A stretch of DNA of 40,000 nt from Deferribacter abyssi (GTDB lineage Bacteria > Chrysiogenota > Deferribacteres > Deferribacterales > Deferribacteraceae): the NCBI RefSeq assembly GCF_049472655.1, contig NZ_JAQNCS010000010.1, forward strand, positions 45,392 through 85,391, in the 5' to 3' direction. The notes under the pieces were generated by a model. That model had not been told where the DNA came from, did no database searches, and saw only the letters and a list, made by a program, of their open reading frames with translations. Positions 21,217 through 27,607 of this stretch are shown piece after piece (the first letter of the stretch is position 1; each line of letters begins with the position of its first letter). The position numbers were made by a program, and so were the translations under genes.

Positions 21217-21288
21217 AGGCGCGTAGCTCAGTGGGAGAGCACTGCGTTGACGTCGCAGGAGTCGGCGGTTCAATCCCGCCCGCGCCTA
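21217..21288 (+). tRNA. tRNA-Val (anticodon GAC)
   Basis: Hand-folded cloverleaf: acceptor AGGCGCG/CGCGCCT, D arm GCTC-AGTGGGA-GAGC, anticodon arm CTGCG-TTGACGT-CGCAG, variable loop GAGTC, T arm GGCGG-TTCAATC-CCGCC, discriminator A. No encoded CCA. Confidence 0.9.
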
Positions 21289-22479
21289 TTTTGATTTATC
21301 TTTTATATCAATAAGTTGTGAGTTTTGATTTTTCGAGTGTAACGAAATTGTAACGAAATTTGCAAATCTTGAAGTTTCTGGTCTGAAATTTTCAATATAA
21401 CGGGCGTACCTTTGAAAGAGCATTTGCATATTTGAATGTCCCATTTGTTTGGCCACATAATGAGGGTTTTCTCCTGCGATGAGAGATAGAACGGCATAGG
21501 TGTGTCTGGTCTGGTAAAGTTGTCTGTATCTGATACCTAAGCGCTTAAGTGCAGGGCGCCAGTAATATTGCACTATGCTTTTTGAACTTGTATAAGGTTT
21601 GCCGTCTTTATTGAGGAACATAAACTCTGATTTCATAAAAGTTGCAGCTTTATGTGATTTTAAAATTTCCTGTAATAGTGGAATAATATCTATTACACGT
21701 GTGGAGTAAATTGTTTTTGTTCCTGATAGGCGGTGGTTACTGAAACTTTCTTTGATGTAGTAGGTCCAGTTGTTTGTATCAAGGTTTTCCCATTTAGCTG
21801 CCAATGCTTCGCCAGTTCTGCAACCTGTAAAGAAAAGAAATGCAAGTAACGGGTAAAGGTGAGGGTATTGTTTTTTGAAGTATTCAAGAATTGTGATCAT
21901 TTCCTCTCTTGTAAAAGGCTCAATATCTGGTTTGGGCTGTTTTAAGTGTTTTATGTGCACTGTTGGATTGTTTGAAATATATTCTTTTGCTTCGGCATAC
22001 TTGAATAAAAGTTTTATGGTAGAAATAGCATTATTTACTGTTTTTGGTTTTCGGCCTTGAGCAAACTCAGTGATCCATTGCTCTATATCGATTGGTTTGA
22101 TTTTATCTATCTGATATTGGCCAAAGTGAGCAATAAAATCTTTGAGCTCTTTTTTAGTATTTTTTATTGTGCTATAAGAGAGCAATCCTGCTTTATATTT
22201 ATTTTCTTTTGAAGCTGTAAATTCATTGGCCACTTCGTAAAGTTTTTTGGGTTGGGACTTCTTAAATCCGAACAGCTCTAATCTTTTTGATTCCGGGAAA
22301 TAATCAGCATAATTGAAAATGTCCAGGGCTATTTTGTTTTTTATTTCCGAGAGTAATCTTTCAGCATATTTGCGGTTGGTCTTTGTGTCGGTGATGCCTA
22401 AAGACTCATAACATCTGATGCCTTTGTAAGTAAAATTCAGCCAGAGTATTCCGTTCCTTGCATATACGCCCATGGGCAT
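21286..22479 (-). CDS. int: Tyrosine recombinase / phage integrase
   Basis: 397 aa with catalytic-region motifs FFTGCRTGEALAAKWENLD, YQTRHTYAVLSL and GHSNMQMLFQRYARY. It is adjacent to the tRNA. Confidence 0.9.
   Translation of the reverse strand: MPMGVYARNGILWLNFTYKGIRCYESLGITDTKTNRKYAERLLSEIKNKIALDIFNYADYFPESKRLELFGFKKSQPKKLYEVANEFTASKENKYKAGLLSYSTIKNTKKELKDFIAHFGQYQIDKIKPIDIEQWITEFAQGRKPKTVNNAISTIKLLFKYAEAKEYISNNPTVHIKHLKQPKPDIEPFTREEMITILEYFKKQYPHLYPLLAFLFFTGCRTGEALAAKWENLDTNNWTYYIKESFSNHRLSGTKTIYSTRVIDIIPLLQEILKSHKAATFMKSEFMFLNKDGKPYTSSKSIVQYYWRPALKRLGIRYRQLYQTRHTYAVLSLIAGENPHYVAKQMGHSNMQMLFQRYARYIENFRPETSRFANFVTISLHSKNQNSQLIDIKDKSK
21287..21297. repeat. Putative attL core (TATTTTGATTT)
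   Basis: Overlaps the last 2 nt of the tRNA and the integrase stop codon. An identical 11-mer lies at 37937. Confidence 0.4.
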
Positions 22480-22480
22480 A

Positions 22481-22774
22481 TCAATACTCCAGACCTAAAA
22501 ATTTATAAAGAGCTTTTTTCTTAAACCTTGTGGCCATTCCGTTTTTCTTTACATAGGTATTTGGTGGGAAAAATCCTTGCTTTAATTTTTGCTGGACTGC
22601 ATCTTTGGTTGCAAGCTTTAAAAGCTGTCTAACCTCTTCTATTGTAAGCAAAGCATCATCTTTGTACATAGAAGCAACCTTTTCTTTTAAACTTTTAACC
22701 TCAGCAGTGGCGTCAACTACAGCTATCACACCGTCATCGGTGATTATAGTTTTACTGTAGACTTCTATTGGCAT
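22481..22774 (-). CDS. Excisionase-like small DNA-binding protein
   Basis: It lies directly upstream of int on the same strand, with the stop 1 nt from the int start. The C-terminal HTH-like segment reads LTIEEVRQLLKLATKDAVQQKLKQGFFPP. Confidence 0.5.
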   Translation of the reverse strand: MPIEVYSKTIITDDGVIAVVDATAEVKSLKEKVASMYKDDALLTIEEVRQLLKLATKDAVQQKLKQGFFPPNTYVKKNGMATRFKKKALYKFLGLEY

Positions 22775-22778
22775 AGGC

Positions 22779-23015
22779 TCACTCCTGCACTCCTATTTCT
22801 TGTATGCAAAAATTATAACCTTCTAAACATCCATACTTATCATTGATGTATTTGTCACATTTTTTACAATCTTTTATTCTCCCTGGGGAGCAATTCTGGG
22901 GATTGTAGCATGGCATCAAATCACCTATTCTGCATCCGCATTCGAGAACTTCGTCAAAGAGTCCATCGTAACCGTTTTCTTTTAGATATTTTATGACGAT
23001 GTCTTTTACGGTCAT
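22779..23015 (-). CDS. Small cysteine-rich protein (8 Cys, probable metal-binding)
   Basis: 78 aa, tightly packed in the leftward operon, with GGAG-type SD (GAGTGAGCC) context. No family recognised. Confidence 0.5.
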   Translation of the reverse strand: MTVKDIVIKYLKENGYDGLFDEVLECGCRIGDLMPCYNPQNCSPGRIKDCKKCDKYINDKYGCLEGYNFCIQEIGVQE

Positions 23016-23018
23016 GGC

Positions 23019-23249
23019 TCACTCCTGTCTTTCGTCTATTAGTTTATTGACATAGATTGTGCGTTTGCAGGTGAAGATGGCAGTGACTTTGTTATCGGGT
23101 ACTTTGATTGGTTCTTCAAAGAAAGGACACCAGTCTCCGCATTCCACGGTCATATTTTCTGGGGTTGATACAAATGGGCAAAATTGGGATTTTAGCTTTC
23201 CAGCCCTTTCAAGATATAATTTACCATATTCATCAATTTTTGCTATCAT
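23019..23249 (-). CDS. Small hypothetical protein (4 Cys)
   Basis: Start moved to the Met preceded by TTGGAGGTATAAG. No family recognised. Confidence 0.5.
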   Translation of the reverse strand: MIAKIDEYGKLYLERAGKLKSQFCPFVSTPENMTVECGDWCPFFEEPIKVPDNKVTAIFTCKRTIYVNKLIDERQE

Positions 23250-23272
23250 CTTATACCTCCAATTTTTTCCCT

Positions 23273-23686
23273 CTATACACATTTAAGTTGCTTTAAATAC
23301 TCATCGCATTGTTTGATGCCATGGTTTAAAAATACTTCGTCTGCATGGATCAGGATATTTGCCAGCTGGCCACGAGCAAGGTTAAGTCTTCTAAGGATTT
23401 GTTTTTCGTATGGGAGTTTGCTTTCCTGGAGGATTACAGTGGCAAAAGATAGAAGCTCAAGTACAATCATTAGCTGAGCGAACCCATTGCCAATTGGTGG
23501 ATCCAACTGTAATAATTTTTTTCGGCATATTTCGATTTGTTTGGATAGAAGTCTCTTTTCTACAAGATTGCTGGCATTGTTTATCAGGGATACGGTGTTT
23601 TTGAGCTTACCAAAATGGTTTGATAAGGCCTTTAAGATTCCGTACGCGAGTTCAAGGCTTACGTAGACTTTCATCCGTTTTGTCAT
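23273..23686 (-). CDS. Hypothetical helical protein
   Basis: 137 aa ORF in the operon orientation. No family recognised. Confidence 0.5.
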   Translation of the reverse strand: MTKRMKVYVSLELAYGILKALSNHFGKLKNTVSLINNASNLVEKRLLSKQIEICRKKLLQLDPPIGNGFAQLMIVLELLSFATVILQESKLPYEKQILRRLNLARGQLANILIHADEVFLNHGIKQCDEYLKQLKCV

Positions 23687-23695
23687 TTTATCCTC

Positions 23696-24247
23696 TTATG
23701 AGTTTGCTTCCTTTATTTGTCCTATAGGTGTGATTTCTCGGTAGAATGCTAAAATCTTTTTCACATAAGATTCTTTGCCTTTACAGTTTTTAAAAATATC
23801 ATAAAGAGTTGTCCGCGGGATATTTTGAAAGTGTTGTTGATGAAGCTTATAGATAGATAGATTGTTTGCCTGGGCATATTGGTTAATTGTTTTTACCACT
23901 TCTGGAGAGATTGTGATTGTGGTATCATCTTTGGATTTGGGTTGTTTGGACGGTTTGTTTTCATTTTTTGTGGTGTCTGAGGTTTTTTCTATTACTTTTT
24001 TGAGGATAGAGCCTAAATCTTTGGGTTCTGGATTTGGTGCATTATCTGTGTTTGAAGTAGTTTTATCTGTTGTGGTGGAATAATTGATATATTCTGGATT
24101 ACAAAAGTATTTGAAAGTTATGCTGATTTTTACAACAAATGGTAGATGACAGTTTGGACATGAGATTTCTGAAAATTCTTCAAAGAAGCTTAGTTGTTTT
24201 TTAAAAAACGTATCGCAATATGGGCATCTAATATTGTGTGCTGGCAT
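23696..24247 (-). CDS. Zinc-ribbon protein with low-complexity linker and HTH-like C-terminus
   Basis: Zinc ribbon CPYCDTFF...CPNCHLPF, a T/N/K-rich linker, and the C-terminus IPRTTLYDIFKNCKGKESYVKKILAFY. GGAG SD. Confidence 0.55.
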   Translation of the reverse strand: MPAHNIRCPYCDTFFKKQLSFFEEFSEISCPNCHLPFVVKISITFKYFCNPEYINYSTTTDKTTSNTDNAPNPEPKDLGSILKKVIEKTSDTTKNENKPSKQPKSKDDTTITISPEVVKTINQYAQANNLSIYKLHQQHFQNIPRTTLYDIFKNCKGKESYVKKILAFYREITPIGQIKEANS

Positions 24248-24257
24248 GATTGACTCC

Positions 24258-24377
24258 TTAATTTAATCTTCCTGATTTTTTTAAAAGACGGGCGTATTTT
24301 TTTACTTTTGGGTCGTTTTTTCTGGTAAGGAACCAGGTGTAGTGGATTTGGCCATTGTAAATTTCTTTGATGAGCAT
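24258..24377 (-). CDS. Possible 39-aa basic small protein
   Basis: Hand-translated as MLIKEIYNGQIHYTWFLTRKNDPKVKKYARLLKKSGRLN. GGAGGT lies 5 nt upstream of the ATG. It is not in the supplied track as such. Confidence 0.3.
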   Translation of the reverse strand: MLIKEIYNGQIHYTWFLTRKNDPKVKKYARLLKKSGRLN

Positions 24378-24380
24378 GGT

Positions 24381-24482
24381 TTACCTCCGGGTCGATATTT
24401 TGTAGTGAAACAAAACAAGCAAAAGAAGGATTCCACCTATCATTCCGGAAAGAAATCCTAACCAAAATGCAAGGTAAATCAT
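24381..24482 (-). CDS. Possible 33-aa hydrophobic peptide
   Basis: Hand-translated as MIYLAFWLGFLSGMIGGILLLLVLFHYKISTRR. Its ATG overlaps the upstream stop (ATGA coupling). Confidence 0.3.
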   Translation of the reverse strand: MIYLAFWLGFLSGMIGGILLLLVLFHYKISTRR

Positions 24483-24664
24483 GATGCTGCCTCTTCTCTA
24501 ATGGTTGCTTTCACATAACAATAAAAGTCTTCCAAAGAATCAAAGCCTTCTTTGGCTAAATAATCGATTGCGTCTGCTACGATATAACCCGTTTTAAAAA
24601 CCTTTTCACAAAATTCGTGAGAGCTGTTGCTATCGATTGCAAGCTTGAAAAGTTCTTTAAACAT
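24479..24664 (-). CDS. Hypothetical 61-aa protein
   Basis: Strong SD AAAGGAGG lies 6 nt upstream of the ATG. Confidence 0.5.
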   Translation of the reverse strand: MFKELFKLAIDSNSSHEFCEKVFKTGYIVADAIDYLAKEGFDSLEDFYCYVKATIREEAAS

Positions 24665-25401
24665 GATGGCCTCCTTTGATTGTTGTTTTCATTCTTTAAT
24701 TTTCGCAATTCTTCTGATGCTTCGCACATTGCCATTGCCTGTTGGAGTAAAAAATCAGTAATGACCGACTCGCCTCCCTTTGTGCTATAATTTTGAATGT
24801 GGTTTTTAATTTCGATAGGAGGCGAGTCGGAATGAGTGGTGTTGGCATTATTAGTATTATTGCATCCTTTATTGCAGCTGCTGGCGGTGTTGCCGCTGCT
24901 GTTATTGCTGCCAGATTGCAGCTCTATCTCAGAAAGGAGCGGTATAAGGAGTTCATCTATCAAAGAAGCTTTGAGGGAGTTGTAGAAATTGCAGAAAAAG
25001 CGGGCCTCATCTATACGGCTATAATTAGATACTCCAAAGGACATCCTTATATTACTTCTTTTGAGGATGCTGAGATTAGAGACGATGCTGTCGAAATGTC
25101 TGATATAGGTAAGTATTGCGATCTTATAATGGGAGCCGTTATCGAGCTCTCTAATTCCCTTCACAGGTATAGGGTCTTCCTTCCTGAGAATATTGTAAAT
25201 ATATGCGATGGTTATTGCTATGCAATTGCTAAGCATTTTGCTGAGGTCAAAAAACAAGGGTTCGTAGACACCAAGAAGGGCGAAATGAAAAGGATTGTCA
25301 GAGCTCTTTTTGATAAACTCAATATGGCTATAAGGCGGGAGTTTGGAGTGGATAAAATCTTTCAGGATATCCGCAGGACTTTTTAAGATGTTTTTATCCA
25401 T
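24577..25401 (-). CDS. Alternative 274-aa ORF antisense to 24832-25386 (possibly a shadow ORF)
   Basis: It has AAGGGAG 6 nt upstream and sits just downstream of the pL-like promoter. Against it: I/N/S/F-rich, C-rich third positions, an S/N/G low-complexity stretch opposite the + strand TM helix, and a 3' end overlapping the 61-aa gene out of frame. Confidence 0.3.
   Translation of the reverse strand: MDKNILKSPADILKDFIHSKLPPYSHIEFIKKSSDNPFHFALLGVYEPLFFDLSKMLSNCIAITIAYIYNILRKEDPIPVKGIRELDNGSHYKIAILTYIRHFDSIVSNLSILKRSNIRMSFGVSNYSRIDEARFFCNFYNSLKASLIDELLIPLLSEIELQSGSNNSSGNTASSCNKGCNNTNNANTTHSDSPPIEIKNHIQNYSTKGGESVITDFLLQQAMAMCEASEELRKLKNENNNQRRPSCLKNFSSLQSIATALTNFVKRFLKRVIS
24832..25386 (+). CDS. 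Membrane-anchored hypothetical protein (N-terminal TM helix + ~150 aa soluble domain), candidate lysogeny-expressed cargo
   Basis: GGAGG lies 9 nt upstream of ATG 24832, and TGcTATAAT lies at 24783-24791. About 37% of codons start with G and third positions are T-rich. The composition is protein-like. It is antisense to the 274-aa ORF. Confidence 0.5.
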   Translation: MSGVGIISIIASFIAAAGGVAAAVIAARLQLYLRKERYKEFIYQRSFEGVVEIAEKAGLIYTAIIRYSKGHPYITSFEDAEIRDDAVEMSDIGKYCDLIMGAVIELSNSLHRYRVFLPENIVNICDGYCYAIAKHFAEVKKQGFVDTKKGEMKRIVRALFDKLNMAIRREFGVDKIFQDIRRTF

Positions 25402-25432
25402 GTGTTGCTCCCTTCTTTGTGGTGTTATGGAT

Positions 25433-25461
25433 AAGATAGTTCACAAATTGTGATATGTCAA
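25433..25461 (-). promoter_or_regulatory. pL-like leftward promoter (TTGACA-17-TATCTT)
   Basis: On the minus strand: a perfect -35 at 25461-25456, a 17-nt spacer and a -10 at 25438-25433. The spacer is exactly filled by operator copy 25440-25456. Confidence 0.5.
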
Positions 25462-25486
25462 TATATATTTTCACAAAGTGTGATAT
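25440..25486. promoter_or_regulatory. Two operator-like 17-mers, TTCACAAATTGTGATAT and TTCACAAAGTGTGATAT, 30 bp apart
   Basis: Copies at 25440-25456 and 25470-25486 differ at one base. Each has an internal palindrome (TCACA..TGTGA). Confidence 0.5.
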
Positions 25487-25591
25487 AAGTGTCATCCGTT
25501 TACAAGTTGGGTGAATTTTTAGGTAAATTTGGGTTGCGGGGATAATTTTGTATATGCTAAAATTTTAACTAAATGGTAAAGGGAGGATGTG

Positions 25592-26536
25592 ATGAAGATT
25601 ATATATTACTATTATTACCTTAGAGAAAAAGAAAGCGGTAGAGAGTTAAAAGTTGATATTAGAAATTTTGTTGATTCATTTGTAAAATCAAAAAACATTA
25701 ATTTAAAAAATAAAATTAAATATATTGATGATAATATTTATTTGCTGAGAGATGCGAATAATTTTTATCTTTTTTTAAGAACAAGAAAAGATGAAATTAT
25801 AAAAAAAATTGATTCAAATAATTTGGATATTCAAGATATTTATAATTTATTAAGGGAAAATGAAAAGCTTGGTTTTACTTCTTTTATTTATTTTGGGGAT
25901 TGTTTTTGTGGACTTGCCTCTACAATGTCTGGCCCAAAAGATTCTATTTTATCTTATTTTATAGAATACTTGCTTAAGTTAGTTGGAGTTAATGAATATG
26001 AATTTGTATTAAAACCTATGCCTACTAAAGTTACTAAAAATGAGGCATTAAGATTTGGGTATATAGGTAAGACTGTATTTGAGGTCAATCCTCAACATAA
26101 GGTTTTTAAAGGACTTGCTCAAACGTTGGGTTTTACTGATCAAGAAGTAGATGGATTAGAAATAATTATTAAACCTAAAAACAGGAAAAATATTAAATAT
26201 AGTTTTAGTAACATAGTTGATAATATTTTAGATGAAGGTGAAAATTTTGGTGTTAAAAAGTTTGTTTTTAAAGCAAAGAATGATATTAATGAAACATTAA
26301 ATGAGTTGTTTATAATTGGTAATGGTTATGTATATGATTATATTAATTATCCAAAAGAAAAACTTATTTTTGATACTTTTAATTTTAAAATTAATAATAA
26401 TAGGGAATTGCAGGTTAAATTAATTGAATTTAAAAGGGATAAAAATTATGAAAGAGACGAAAGCTTACAAAGTTTTTTTGATAATTTTTCAGCTGTTTCC
26501 TGGGATAATATTTCTTTTAATACCGCCACTGAATAA
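25592..26536 (+). CDS. RexA-like protein (distant)
   Basis: 314 aa. Three blocks match my recollection of lambda RexA: LGFTSFIYF vs LGFPSFLF; GLASTMSGP..L..F vs GFARTVFGP..L..F; IGKT..V...VF...LGFTD...L.IIIKPK...IK vs IGRT..V...VF...LGATD...LDIVIKPK...IK. SD GGGAGG. Confidence 0.6.
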   Translation: MKIIYYYYYLREKESGRELKVDIRNFVDSFVKSKNINLKNKIKYIDDNIYLLRDANNFYLFLRTRKDEIIKKIDSNNLDIQDIYNLLRENEKLGFTSFIYFGDCFCGLASTMSGPKDSILSYFIEYLLKLVGVNEYEFVLKPMPTKVTKNEALRFGYIGKTVFEVNPQHKVFKGLAQTLGFTDQEVDGLEIIIKPKNRKNIKYSFSNIVDNILDEGENFGVKKFVFKAKNDINETLNELFIIGNGYVYDYINYPKEKLIFDTFNFKINNNRELQVKLIEFKRDKNYERDESLQSFFDNFSAVSWDNISFNTATE

Positions 26537-26885
26537 GTATATTGTAAAGCTACTTGTTAAGACAGATTCTTTTAATAATTTTTCTTTAGTAGCATCAACT
26601 TTTAGTTTTACTATCCTTGGTTTTATGGCGACTATTATAACAGTTATTTTTAGTATAAAAGACAGACGGTTTGTTAAAAAATATTTGAAAAAAGAATGGG
26701 GAAATTTTTTGACTTTATATTTTACTGCATTAGTTTCTTTGTTAGTTACATTTGTATTGTCAGTTGTTTTGCTTTTTATAAATAATATGAGTTTGGCTGT
26801 TTTTGCAACAGCTTCATTAATTTCTAATGTTTGGCAATTATTTTGGATTATTGTGATTATATTAAACCTTATGAGGAAAGAATAG
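26448..26885 (+). CDS. RexB-like four-TM membrane protein
   Basis: 145 aa with four hydrophobic helices. The loop IFSIKDRRFVKK and the end LNLMRKE resemble lambda RexB LIGSRTRRLAKI and YNLTREQE (from memory). It overlaps the upstream gene by 89 nt. Confidence 0.55.
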   Translation: MKETKAYKVFLIIFQLFPGIIFLLIPPLNKYIVKLLVKTDSFNNFSLVASTFSFTILGFMATIITVIFSIKDRRFVKKYLKKEWGNFLTLYFTALVSLLVTFVLSVVLLFINNMSLAVFATASLISNVWQLFWIIVIILNLMRKE

Positions 26886-26901
26886 TTAACGGGAGGATGT
26901 G

Positions 26902-27240
26902 ATGAAATTTTGTCCTGAATGTGGCACAGAAAACAAAGAAAATAAGGAAGTTTGTGAGAATTGTGGTTTTGAATTTGATAAGTTAGGTGGAGAGGTAAGT
27001 TTAAATCAGATATTAGAAAAGTTGGAAATATTTGAGAAAAAGCTTTCTTCTATATCAAAATCAATAAAAGATAAAAATGTAACTATAAAGGATATAGATT
27101 TAGGATTTTACGATATTATAGGTCTTATGGTTAAATGGGCTTTGGCTTCTATTCCTGCTATGATTATTGTTGCTGTTATTTTTGGATTGATAGGTGCGTT
27201 TTTTGGACTGGGTGGTCTGCTGTTTGGGCCAAGATACTGA
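26902..27240 (+). CDS. Zinc-ribbon protein with C-terminal membrane helices
   Basis: Zinc ribbon FCPECGTEN...CENCGFEF, a coiled linker and a hydrophobic end IIGLMVKWALASIPAMIIVAVIFGLIGAFFGLGGLLFG. It has the same SD context (GGGAGGATGTGATGAA) as the RexA-like gene. Confidence 0.6.
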   Translation: MKFCPECGTENKENKEVCENCGFEFDKLGGEVSLNQILEKLEIFEKKLSSISKSIKDKNVTIKDIDLGFYDIIGLMVKWALASIPAMIIVAVIFGLIGAFFGLGGLLFGPRY

Positions 27241-27339
27241 TAAATATTTTAATTAATTCTAAAAAATAGTTGGTTATATATAATATTGTGAGAGGGGAAA
27301 GCATGAGTAAAAATTTAATAGATAAAGTGATTGTAAAAC

Positions 27340-27553
27340 ATTTGTTTGGAAATATTTAATGTGGTAAAGGCAATTAGATTGTGTGTTTAACAGTGGAATT
27401 GCGTCCAAAAATGGGAGAATTGATGATTTTAGGGTCAAATTTGGAAGATTTTAAAGAGAAAATAGTCAAAATTATGTAAAAATTGAGTAAAAAAATGGCA
27501 AAATTAACAAGACAAAGAGAATTTTGAAGTGTTAACCAGCTTGTGCAATTTCC
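27340..27553 (+). mobile_element. Solo 3' end fragment of the IS5-like element (remnant)
   Basis: By eye, about 90-95% identical to the reverse complement of 39376-~39590. It includes the last codons ..FNVVKAIRLCV* and the terminal sequence CTTGTGCAATTTCC. Confidence 0.7.
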
Positions 27554-27581
27554 TTTAGGAGGTGTTCCGTATGAGCGGAGG

Positions 27582-27607
27582 GCCCCACAAAAAGCTGGGG
27601 CTTTTTT
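27582..27607 (+). terminator. Rho-independent terminator (GCCCCA-loop-TGGGGC + T6)
   Basis: 6-bp GC-rich stem at 27582-27587 / 27596-27601, followed by TTTTTTATTT. Only the + strand has the U-tract. Confidence 0.5.

Noticed and set aside
24190-24465. 91-aa minus-strand ORF from the track.
   Set aside because: It overlaps the start of the 183-aa gene. It is out of frame with two SD-preceded, translationally coupled micro-ORFs that explain the same DNA better.
26424-26447. Upstream TTG/ATG start for the 4-TM protein.
   Set aside because: The Met at 26448 is preceded by an AAAAGGGA purine-rich SD-like stretch. The extra residues would only lengthen the already unusual overlap.
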